The notes beneath the pieces are model-generated. The model had not been told where the DNA came from, did not search any database, and saw nothing but the letters and a program-made list of their open reading frames with translations. Positions 27,395-36,422 of a stretch of 52,932 nucleotides of DNA are shown here, piece by piece (positions within the stretch are counted from its first letter, which is position 1; every line of letters begins with the position of its first letter). The translations under genes and the position numbers were made by a program. Source of the stretch: a virus (lineage: Duplodnaviria; Caudoviricetes); IMG/VR virus record IMGVR_UViG_3300020578_004316, positions 1-52,932 of that record, one strand, 5' to 3'.

Positions 27395-29125
27395 ATGGCA
27401 AAATTCACAGTTTCTCCTGGAGTAGCAGTTAGCGAAATAGATAATACATTTTTAACAGGACAACCAGTTCAAGCAGGTGCGGCTATTATAGGACCAACAG
27501 TTAAAGGTCCAGTTGAAAAACCAACTTTAGTAACATCTTATTCAGATTTTCAAATGTTATTTGGAGATACTTTTATTAGTGGTGGTAATGCTTATTCATA
27601 TTTAACTTCAATTGCTGCTTACAATTATTTTAATTACGGTGGTACTTCATTGTTAGTGGCCCGTGTTGTTTCAGGATCATATTCTTCTGCTACTAGTAGC
27701 TACATGCCTACAGGATCTAGTGGCCCAACTTCAGGTTTCTCTCCATTTGTTTTAGAAACAATTTCTGAAGGTACCATTATGAACAACTCAGGTTCAGGAG
27801 CTTTAGGTTCATTGCTTCCAGGAAGTAAAGAAAATGTAAGGTGGGAAGTCACTAATGTAAATACTGGGTCAGGTACATTTAATGTATTGATTAGAAGAGG
27901 AGACGACACTCAAACTAATAAAATTGTTTTAGAGTCTTGGAACAATGTAAATTTAGATCCTAATTCATCTCGTTTTATTGCTCAAGTAATTGGAGATCAA
28001 AAATTAAACTATGATTCTGGCAATGTTCAAATGGTATTATCTGGAAGTTATCCAAATAATTCAAAATTTGTTCGTGTAAAAGAAGTAAATTATACTACTC
28101 CAAACTATTTAAATTCAAATGGAGTTGTAGCTAATCCATTATACACAGGGTCTCTTCCAGCAAATGGAAGTGGTTCTTTAGGTGGTGCTTTTGGAGGAGC
28201 CACAGGAACTGTTTTAATTTCATCAGCTATTAATTTTTATGAAAATATAAATTCATCTAATACTCAAGGATTAGTAGGAAGTGATTATAATACTATGATT
28301 GCTTTATTTGGTAATCAAGAAGCATATCAATTTAACCTTTTATTTGCCCCTGGATTATTAAACGATACTCATACTGGTCAAATTACAAATATTATTACTA
28401 ATACAATTGCTAGAGGTGATAGTATGTTTGTAGCAGATTTAGTAGCATATGGAAGTACAGTTTCTCAAGCTATTACACAAGCTCAAACTCGTGATACTTC
28501 ATATGCTGCTTCATATTGGCCTTGGGTTCGCATTATTGACCCATCAACAGGAAAACATATTTGGGCCCCAGCTTCAACTGTAATACCAGGTGTATACGCC
28601 TTTAACGATAAAGTATCTGCTCCTTGGTTTGCACCTGCAGGTATTAATCGTGGTGGTTTAGGTACAGTATTACAAGCAGAATTAAAATTAACTCAAAATA
28701 ATAGAGATTCTTTATATTCAAATAATATTAATCCAATTGCTACGTTACCTAAACAAGGTGTTGTAGTATTTGGACAAAAAACTTTACAAAAAGCAGATTC
28801 AGCTCTTGATCGTGTAAATGTAAGACGTTTATTAATTGAACTTAAAAATTATATCCGCCAAATTGCTGATACAATTGTATTTGAACAAAATACAATTCAA
28901 ACTAGAACTTCATTTTTAGCTAGAGTTAATCCATATTTAGAAGCTATCCAACAAAAACAAGGATTATATGCTTATAAAGTAATAATGGATGATTCAAATA
29001 ATGGACCAGCTGTAATTGATCAAAACCAATTAATTGGACAAATTTATATTCAACCAACACGTACCGCTGAATTTATTTCTTTGGATTTTATTTTACTCCC
29101 AACAGGAGCAGAATTTCCAGGGTAA
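27395..29125 (+). CDS. Tail sheath protein 2 (gp18-like paralogue)
   Basis: Same sheath motifs, complete ORF, own ATATTTATA motif. Confidence 0.95.
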   Translation: MAKFTVSPGVAVSEIDNTFLTGQPVQAGAAIIGPTVKGPVEKPTLVTSYSDFQMLFGDTFISGGNAYSYLTSIAAYNYFNYGGTSLLVARVVSGSYSSATSSYMPTGSSGPTSGFSPFVLETISEGTIMNNSGSGALGSLLPGSKENVRWEVTNVNTGSGTFNVLIRRGDDTQTNKIVLESWNNVNLDPNSSRFIAQVIGDQKLNYDSGNVQMVLSGSYPNNSKFVRVKEVNYTTPNYLNSNGVVANPLYTGSLPANGSGSLGGAFGGATGTVLISSAINFYENINSSNTQGLVGSDYNTMIALFGNQEAYQFNLLFAPGLLNDTHTGQITNIITNTIARGDSMFVADLVAYGSTVSQAITQAQTRDTSYAASYWPWVRIIDPSTGKHIWAPASTVIPGVYAFNDKVSAPWFAPAGINRGGLGTVLQAELKLTQNNRDSLYSNNINPIATLPKQGVVVFGQKTLQKADSALDRVNVRRLLIELKNYIRQIADTIVFEQNTIQTRTSFLARVNPYLEAIQQKQGLYAYKVIMDDSNNGPAVIDQNQLIGQIYIQPTRTAEFISLDFILLPTGAEFPG

Positions 29126-29171
29126 AAGTTTGAAATTTAGATATTTATAATAAAATTAAAATAGAAAACAA

Positions 29172-29660
29172 ATGGCAATTTTAAACCCAAACGAAATATT
29201 TTACACAGCGTTTGAACCAAAACAAACAAACCGTTTTATCCTTTATTTAGATGGGATTCCTTCATATCTTGTTAAACAAATAGGAGCTGTTTCTTTAACC
29301 CAATCTACAGTTACTCTTAATCACATTAATATTCAACGTTATGTGAAAGGAAAAACAAAATGGAATACTATCCAATTTACAATGTATGAATCAATTACTC
29401 CTTCTGGAGCCCAAGCAGTAATGGAATGGGTACGTTTAGGACATGAATCAGTAACAGGTAGAGATGGGTATTCTGATTTCTATAAAAAAGATCTTACATT
29501 TAACGTTTTAGGTCCTGTAGGTGATATTGTTTCTGAATGGATTATTAAAGGAGCTTTTATTACTGAAGTTAACTTTGGAGACTATAACTGGGATGATGAT
29601 GGAACCCCAGTAAATATCCAAGTAACAGTTCAACCTGATTACTGTATTTTAAACTACTAA
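29172..29660 (+). CDS. Tail tube protein (gp19-like)
   Basis: 162 aa after the sheaths; YKKD, W..KGAF..EVNFG..W motifs. Confidence 0.9.
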   Translation: MAILNPNEIFYTAFEPKQTNRFILYLDGIPSYLVKQIGAVSLTQSTVTLNHINIQRYVKGKTKWNTIQFTMYESITPSGAQAVMEWVRLGHESVTGRDGYSDFYKKDLTFNVLGPVGDIVSEWIIKGAFITEVNFGDYNWDDDGTPVNIQVTVQPDYCILNY

Positions 29661-29684
29661 TATTAGGTTAATAATTTATCAGGT

Positions 29685-29716
29685 AAAGCTCCAAAGAAAT
29701 TTGGGGCTTTTATTTT
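29685..29716 (+). terminator. Rho-independent terminator after tail tube
   Basis: AAAGCTCCAAA-GAAA-TTTGGGGCTTT hairpin with T-rich tail. Confidence 0.8.
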
Positions 29717-29731
29717 CTTTTAATATATTAA
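29700..29731 (+). promoter_or_regulatory. Bacteroidota sigmaA-like promoter (TTTG-N20-TATATTAA)
   Basis: Same spacing as the sites at 66, 699, 42987 and 45259; ATG lies 4 nt downstream. Confidence 0.65.
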
Positions 29732-29735
29732 GGCT

Positions 29736-32198
29736 ATGAAAAAAATTAATTTACTTTTATTTATACTACTAACAGGTTTTATTTATAGTCAATATTGCCC
29801 TTATTTAGGTCCTAATCAAATATTACCTTGTGGTGTAACTTCAACTACTTTAACCGCAGATTTAAGCCAATGTGGAGCAGGTAATAACCCTAATCAAACT
29901 ACAAATTATACAGTTTCTCAAATACTATATGTGCCCCAAGTTAATACAGGTACTTTAGTAGCCTTAAGTGATGACTCCCAATCAGGCACGTTTAACATTG
30001 GATTTACTTTTTGTTTTTATGGACAAACCTATACTCAGTTTCGAATAGGCTCAAATGGTTGGATCTCGTTGGGTGCAGGTGTACAGCCAACTACATTTAC
30101 AACACAAGCAATACCATCAGTAAACGCAGCAGTACCAAAAAATTGCATAATGGGCCCGTGGCAAGATTGGAATCCTAGTCTAGGCGGACAAATACGCTAC
30201 CAAACCTCAGGCACGGCTCCTTGCCGCAAATTAACAGTAAGTTGGATCGGAGTGCCTATGTTTTCGTGCACTAACTTACAAGGCACATTTCATATAGTAA
30301 TTTATGAATCAACTAATTATATTGAAAGTTATCTTGCTAATAAACCTGGTTGTAATCAATGGGCTAATGGTACTGCAGTGCATGGCGTACATAATGTTGT
30401 AGGAACGCAGGCAGTAACAGTACCTGGTAGAAATTCAACTCAATGGACTGCAGTAAATAATGCTTGGAGATGGACACCTAGTGGTGCACCTGTTTTGCCA
30501 ACTTTAGTTTGGTATCAAGTAGGAAATCCTGTTCCTATTGCTCAAAACGTAAATCAAATTACAGTTACACCTTCTCAAGGTGGAGCTTACTATACTTGTC
30601 ATTTGGAGTATCCGGCTTGTAATGCAGGTTGGGCAACTTGTAGTGCATTAGGTGGTGGACTAGGGCCTGATACTATTCAAGTTGTTCCGGGTCCACCAAA
30701 TTTAAATCAACCGAATTTTGTAGTAACAAATCCATTATGTAACGGAGATTGTAACGGATCTATTACAGTAAACCCAACAAACGGTACTCCTCCTATAGGA
30801 TATGTTTGGAGTAGCGGCCAAAATACCCAAACAATTAACAATCTATGTGCAGGAACTTATACAGTAACTGTAACAGATGCAAACAACTGCACTATTACAG
30901 CAAATACTACATTAATAGATCCACCTATTTTACAAGTGCCATTGATGGCAGCAACAAACCCTATTTGTTTTGGAGATTGTAATGGAACTGCAACAGCAAA
31001 CTCAATTGATGGTATTGCTCCATACACTTATTTATGGGGAGATGGACAAACAACACAAACCGCAACTAATTTATGTGCAGGAGCTTATAATGTTATAGTA
31101 ACAGATGCAAATGGGTGTCCTGCTTTAAATACTATTGCTTTAGTAAACCCTCCAATGGTTGTAGTAGGAAATATTACTTCACTAGATACAATCTGTTATT
31201 TATCTTCTAATGAAACATATTCAGTACCAAGTTTAGGTGCAGGATATTCTTACACTTGGTCAAGTGTTGGAAACATCACTTCAGGTCAAGGAACAAATAG
31301 TATTACAGTAGATTGGTCTCTATTTCCTGCAGGATTTATGCCTGGAGCTGTTAATGTTGTAGCGATAAATCAATTTGGTTGTACAAGCTTACCACAAGAT
31401 GTTAATGTTTATATTTTAAATGTTTTACCTACGATAGACTCGATTACTTCATTATGTGATTATAGTAATTGTGTAACATTAACTGGAGCTCCTGTTGGGG
31501 GAACATTTACAGGAAATGGAGTAAACGGGAATACATTTTGTCCTTCACCTTTATTAGCAGGAACCAATACAATAACATATACTTATGTGCAATCAAATTG
31601 TACTTTTGATACTACTCGCCAAATAACTGTTTATTCTAGACCTGTTATTTCATCTATACAAAATGATTTAGGAAACCTAACATCTGAATTTATAGAATTG
31701 TGTGAAGGCGATAGTATAGGAAGAATTTATAGTGCAACTGTTTTAGGAGGTGGAGATGTAGTGTGGATTTTAAACCAAGATAGTATTACAAACCCAATTT
31801 TACCTATTTCTTGGGATAGTTTTGGATCCTTTACATTTTCAGCTGTAGGATACCAAAACGGATGTGTATCATACCCAACATCTTATTTGACAACTATTCA
31901 AAGATGCCCTGAAGAATTAATTTATATCCCAAATACATTTACCCCTGATGGGAATGAAATCAACCATGCTTGGCACCCAGTCTTTACTTCAGGTTTTGAC
32001 CCACAAGATTTTTATTTAACTATCTATAACAGATGGGGAGAATTAATGTTTAAAAGTTATAATAGTACAGTTCCTTGGGATGGAACATACAACAATACAA
32101 AATGTCAAGATGGAGTTTATACTTGGGTTATAGTTTATGGAGACAAAAACACAGATAAAGAAACATTAATTAAAGGAAGTGTTACCCTTATTAGATAG
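29736..32198 (+). CDS. SprB-repeat surface protein with T9SS type-B (gliding-motility-associated) C-terminal domain
   Basis: Signal peptide, two SprB-type repeats (C.GDCNG...G..PY.Y.W...NLCAG.Y.V.VTDAN.C), PKD-like ITSGQGTNSITVDW, and CTD IPNTFTPDG..IN...IYNRWG...WDG...DGVY. Confidence 0.9.
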   Translation: MKKINLLLFILLTGFIYSQYCPYLGPNQILPCGVTSTTLTADLSQCGAGNNPNQTTNYTVSQILYVPQVNTGTLVALSDDSQSGTFNIGFTFCFYGQTYTQFRIGSNGWISLGAGVQPTTFTTQAIPSVNAAVPKNCIMGPWQDWNPSLGGQIRYQTSGTAPCRKLTVSWIGVPMFSCTNLQGTFHIVIYESTNYIESYLANKPGCNQWANGTAVHGVHNVVGTQAVTVPGRNSTQWTAVNNAWRWTPSGAPVLPTLVWYQVGNPVPIAQNVNQITVTPSQGGAYYTCHLEYPACNAGWATCSALGGGLGPDTIQVVPGPPNLNQPNFVVTNPLCNGDCNGSITVNPTNGTPPIGYVWSSGQNTQTINNLCAGTYTVTVTDANNCTITANTTLIDPPILQVPLMAATNPICFGDCNGTATANSIDGIAPYTYLWGDGQTTQTATNLCAGAYNVIVTDANGCPALNTIALVNPPMVVVGNITSLDTICYLSSNETYSVPSLGAGYSYTWSSVGNITSGQGTNSITVDWSLFPAGFMPGAVNVVAINQFGCTSLPQDVNVYILNVLPTIDSITSLCDYSNCVTLTGAPVGGTFTGNGVNGNTFCPSPLLAGTNTITYTYVQSNCTFDTTRQITVYSRPVISSIQNDLGNLTSEFIELCEGDSIGRIYSATVLGGGDVVWILNQDSITNPILPISWDSFGSFTFSAVGYQNGCVSYPTSYLTTIQRCPEELIYIPNTFTPDGNEINHAWHPVFTSGFDPQDFYLTIYNRWGELMFKSYNSTVPWDGTYNNTKCQDGVYTWVIVYGDKNTDKETLIKGSVTLIR

Positions 32199-32216
32199 TA
32201 CAATATTTATAATAGT

Positions 32217-32588
32217 ATGAAACTGAACCACTTACGTACTTTAGTTAAAGAAGAGCTTAATAAGCAATTAAATGAAAAATACCAAGATAAATTTAAAATG
32301 GTTGGTATGCTTATTTCTAACATTAAACAACGCCCCCAAAAAGAAATATTTTCCGACATCCGCTCTATCCCCGGAGTTACAGTAGCATCTTCAAAAGAAC
32401 CTATGCCATATAATGAACAAAATACAGAAAAATTTCAAACTATTTTAACTATTAAAGTAGATGGTCATCCTTGGATTACAAAAGGTGGTTTTGATCGTTC
32501 AAAAATGGAAGACATACGTAAAGAAATATTAAAAGTAGAAGGAGTTTTATCATATAATGTAAATCCTGATAATATCTCTTCTCTTTAA
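32217..32588 (+). CDS. Hypothetical protein, putative capsid-internal
   Basis: MKLNHLRTLVKEELNKQLNE leader; late motif upstream. Confidence 0.55.
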   Translation: MKLNHLRTLVKEELNKQLNEKYQDKFKMVGMLISNIKQRPQKEIFSDIRSIPGVTVASSKEPMPYNEQNTEKFQTILTIKVDGHPWITKGGFDRSKMEDIRKEILKVEGVLSYNVNPDNISSL

Positions 32589-32629
32589 TATATGTATATA
32601 GGACAATTAAGTTATATTAAATAAAAATT

Positions 32630-33358
32630 ATGGAAGAATTTAAATTACTAACTGAAACAGTTGAGTTACCCTCTAAAGGCTTACTATACCCTGAAGATTC
32701 TGAATTAGCAAAAGGTACTGTTGAAATTAAATACATGACTGCTAAAGAAGAAGATATTCTTACTAACCAATCATATATTAAAAACGGTACTGTACTAGAT
32801 AAATTAATGAAATCATTGATTGTATCGAAAATTAACTATGATGATCTATTAATAGGTGATAAAAATGCAATTATGGTTGCTGCCCGTATTTTAGGATATG
32901 GAGCTGAATACACTTTTAATTATTTAGGTGATTCACACACAGTAGATTTATCTCAAGTTGAAAACAAACCACTTAAAGAAGAATTATTTACAAGTCATGT
33001 AAATGAATTTACTTTTACTCTTCCTAAATCAGGTAATGTAGTTACATTTAAACTTTTAAGTCATAAAGACGAACAAGATATTACACGTGAACTAGAAGGT
33101 TTAAAAAAAATCAATAAAGATGCTTCCCCTGAACTTTCAACCCGTTTAAAATACCTAATTACCTCAGTAGAAGGAAAACGAGATAAAAAAGATATTCGAG
33201 AGTTTGTTGACAATTATCTTCTCGCCCAAGACTCCAGGGCATTAAGAGAATATGTTAGAGAAATTCAACCCGATGTTGATTTAACTTTTTTTCCCGACGG
33301 GAGTAACGATAGAATCAATATCCCAATTGGGATTAGCTTTTTTTGGCCTGACCTATGA
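32630..33358 (+). CDS. Baseplate hub / tail assembly chaperone (gp26-like)
   Basis: VELPSKG..Y, T.KEEDIL, FF near C-terminus; lies before tape measure. Confidence 0.8.
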   Translation: MEEFKLLTETVELPSKGLLYPEDSELAKGTVEIKYMTAKEEDILTNQSYIKNGTVLDKLMKSLIVSKINYDDLLIGDKNAIMVAARILGYGAEYTFNYLGDSHTVDLSQVENKPLKEELFTSHVNEFTFTLPKSGNVVTFKLLSHKDEQDITRELEGLKKINKDASPELSTRLKYLITSVEGKRDKKDIREFVDNYLLAQDSRALREYVREIQPDVDLTFFPDGSNDRINIPIGISFFWPDL

Positions 33359-33359
33359 A

Positions 33360-33638
33360 ATGGCTCCCCAAGCTAGGGCTGCTGTATTTACACAAATCCA
33401 CGAAATAGTTTTTCACGGTAAAGGAGGATATGATTGGGATACAATTTATAACATGCCTATATGGCTTCGCCGTTTTACATTTTCAAAAATTCAAGACTTC
33501 TACACTGAAGAAAAAAATGCCCTTGAAAACAAAGGAGGTGATGGAAAGAAAACCGTCATTAATTCAGATGGTACAATAAAAGCTCCTGAATTACTTCAAA
33601 AAGCATTACAAAATAAAAAATCTCCTAAATATAGCTAA
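33360..33638 (+). CDS. gp51-like hub assembly protein (possibly frameshift extension of upstream gene)
   Basis: H....Y.W..IYNMPIWLR resembles the gp51-like MxPWER family; reading frame is open from upstream of 33327. Confidence 0.6.
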   Translation: MAPQARAAVFTQIHEIVFHGKGGYDWDTIYNMPIWLRRFTFSKIQDFYTEEKNALENKGGDGKKTVINSDGTIKAPELLQKALQNKKSPKYS

Positions 33639-33676
33639 AAATATTAATTTTCAATATTTATAACAAAATCATTTAA

Positions 33677-36085
33677 ATGGCTGATGATATAAAACAAATA
33701 GAAGAAAAACTTAATAAACTTAAGGCTTCATTAGATAAAGTTGGCCAAAAAGCCCTAGAAAGAATTATAGCAGCACTAAAATCAGGAGGTGCTGGATTAG
33801 ATGAATGGAATGATCAATTAGCTACATTTCAAGATAAAGTAGATAAAGTTAATAGTTCTTTAAGTTATGTAGCCCAATCATTTAAGGATTCTGTTAATGA
33901 ATTATCTAGACAAAACAAGTACCTTACTTCTTCTCGAAGCATTATTAGCAAAATTTCCACTACAGCCCGTGAAGTCCTTTCAGCAAGAAGAGGAGAAACT
34001 TCTTTAGATGAAAAAAGTGTAAAACTAGCTCAAGAAAAAATAAAGTCACAAAGAGAAGAACTTAAACAAGCCAAAGAATCAGGTAATTTAACCCAAGCAC
34101 AACAAAAAGAAATCCAATCAGTTATAGATTCTTTAGATGATTATGAAAAAGGTCTTAAGGGAGCTTTAAAAACCCATAAAGAAATAAATAAACAATTGGG
34201 TATTATTCCTCAAGTATTTGGTGGATTAGATAAAGGCTTAAGTAAATTAGGGATGTCTGGGTTAGGCATTTCTGAAGCATTATCAAAAACTCAAAAATTA
34301 GGACAAGAAGCAGCAAGTTTAGGAGATAAAGAATTTAAAAAGTTTAGTGCTTCTAAAACATTTTTTAAAGAATTAGGTAGTAATTTTTCTGAAATTGCTT
34401 CAAAAGCTAATATCATCCAATTTGTTATTGTAGGATTAATTGATGGGTTTATGTCTGCGGACAAACAATCCGGTGAATTAGCTAAAACATTAGGAATAAC
34501 TTATGATACAGCTAGTAATCTTAGAAAAGAATTTGCAGCAGTAGCTAATACCTCATTAGATTCTAATGTAACTGTAAAAGGTTTACAAGAATCCTTAGCT
34601 GCTGTTAATACCGAGTTAGGAACGTCTGCTAGAATATCTACAGAAGAATTAACTCTTATGACTAAGCTTAATAAACAAGCTGGTATATCTTTAGAAACTC
34701 AAGCCAAATTACGTACTACTGCTGTTGCTACTGGTGAAACATATAAAAATTTTGTAAAATCTTTTCAAGATTCTGCAAAAAGTGCTAAATTTCAAGCGGG
34801 TATTGCTCTTGATACTAAAAAGTTAATGACTGATATGGTCAATGTTTCAAATAGAACTAAATTATCTATTGAAGGAGGAGCAGCAGGATTAGCTAAAGCA
34901 GCAGTAGCTGCAAAAGTTATGGGAAGTGACTTAGAAAAAGTAGCAGCAATTTCAGATAAACTTCTTAATTTTGAACAATCTATTGAAGCCGAATTAAGTG
35001 CTGAATTATTAACTGGTAAAGATATAAATTTAGAAAAAGCAAGACAAGCCGCCTTAAACAATGATTTAGCAACAGTAGCAGAAGAAATCACTAAACAAGC
35101 TGGATCAGCAGCAGAATTTAGTAAGATGAATAGGCTTCAACAAGAAGCTATGGCTGATGCTGTTGGTATGACCGCAGATCAATTAGCTGATACTTTAGTT
35201 GAACAAGAAGCTTTAAAATCGATAGGGAGAGATTTAAACGAAGAAGAACAAGCAGCATTTGAAGCAGCTAAGGCTAAACATGGAGTAGAAAAAGCTTCAG
35301 CAATGTTAAAAAAAGATGGAATAGGGGATCTTCTTAAAGAACAATCTAACCAAGAAAAGTTTACAGCAACTATAGAAAAATTAAAAGAAATTTTTACTCA
35401 AGTTGGAGATGCTTTAATGCCTATATTTACTATGCTAGCAGATATTGCTACTACTATTATGCCTGTTATAAATTTTTTATTAGCCCCTTTAATAGAAGGA
35501 TTTAGACTTATAGGTAATCTTGTGAAAGGATTTGTTAAAGGTTTAAAAGAAGGTCAACCTCTTATGGTTGCTTTAGCAGCTGGATTAACAGCTATGTTAG
35601 CTCCAACACTAATGACTGCTATATTTAGTATATTTAGAGCATTTTCCATGATTCCTTTTGGATTAGGCATCCCACTAGCAATTACTGCAGTAGCTGGAAT
35701 GATAAGTTTAGCTACTCAAGCAAAAACAGCTAATGACTTAATGTCAGCCCCCCCAGGATACGGTAAACGCACTCTATTAGGACCAGAAGGAGCAATCCAA
35801 TTAAACGATAAAGATACAGTTATTGCCGGTACAAATTTATTTGGAAACGACGTTAAATCTGAACCAGGTAAAGCTACTCAAATGGGTAAAAAAGGAGAAA
35901 TTAAATTAGGTGGTGATTCTTCAGCAGTAGTAAACGCTATTATGGAGTTAAGGAAAGACGTAAATGCTTTAGCTAATCGTCCAATAAATGTACAAATTGA
36001 TGGAAAAAATGTAACTAAAGCTATTTACTCTAATCCTAATACTGTAGGAGATGAAAGTAGAACAAAAGCTTACAAAATATTTTAA
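33677..36085 (+). CDS. Tape measure protein
   Basis: 802-aa Ala/Lys/Gln-rich helical protein with C-terminal hydrophobic segments, following the chaperone genes. Confidence 0.85.
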   Translation: MADDIKQIEEKLNKLKASLDKVGQKALERIIAALKSGGAGLDEWNDQLATFQDKVDKVNSSLSYVAQSFKDSVNELSRQNKYLTSSRSIISKISTTAREVLSARRGETSLDEKSVKLAQEKIKSQREELKQAKESGNLTQAQQKEIQSVIDSLDDYEKGLKGALKTHKEINKQLGIIPQVFGGLDKGLSKLGMSGLGISEALSKTQKLGQEAASLGDKEFKKFSASKTFFKELGSNFSEIASKANIIQFVIVGLIDGFMSADKQSGELAKTLGITYDTASNLRKEFAAVANTSLDSNVTVKGLQESLAAVNTELGTSARISTEELTLMTKLNKQAGISLETQAKLRTTAVATGETYKNFVKSFQDSAKSAKFQAGIALDTKKLMTDMVNVSNRTKLSIEGGAAGLAKAAVAAKVMGSDLEKVAAISDKLLNFEQSIEAELSAELLTGKDINLEKARQAALNNDLATVAEEITKQAGSAAEFSKMNRLQQEAMADAVGMTADQLADTLVEQEALKSIGRDLNEEEQAAFEAAKAKHGVEKASAMLKKDGIGDLLKEQSNQEKFTATIEKLKEIFTQVGDALMPIFTMLADIATTIMPVINFLLAPLIEGFRLIGNLVKGFVKGLKEGQPLMVALAAGLTAMLAPTLMTAIFSIFRAFSMIPFGLGIPLAITAVAGMISLATQAKTANDLMSAPPGYGKRTLLGPEGAIQLNDKDTVIAGTNLFGNDVKSEPGKATQMGKKGEIKLGGDSSAVVNAIMELRKDVNALANRPINVQIDGKNVTKAIYSNPNTVGDESRTKAYKIF

Positions 36086-36115
36086 TATACAATATTTATA
36101 ATAAAATAAATAACC

Positions 36116-36412
36116 ATGGGAATCTTAACTAAATTAACAACTCAAGGATCTGCTTTTACAGCATATGATGGAACTACTCCAACAGTAAACCCACTTGCAA
36201 CCCAACAATCTAAGTTGCATGCTGATGGAAACCAACCAGGATATTCATTAAATGGTGCTAATGCTGGTCAAGTAACGGCAGATTATAATGCTTATCAAGA
36301 TGGTACTCCAAATCAAATTCCATTACCTTCATTATTAGATATAAATGGAGTTATCCCACCTGTATCACCTGGGGGGCAAGGTTTACCATATTTGAATAAC
36401 TTACCACAGTAA
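36116..36412 (+). CDS. Hypothetical virion protein
   Basis: Late motif upstream; ends PYLNNLP. Confidence 0.55.
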   Translation: MGILTKLTTQGSAFTAYDGTTPTVNPLATQQSKLHADGNQPGYSLNGANAGQVTADYNAYQDGTPNQIPLPSLLDINGVIPPVSPGGQGLPYLNNLPQ

Positions 36413-36422
36413 AATTAATTAA

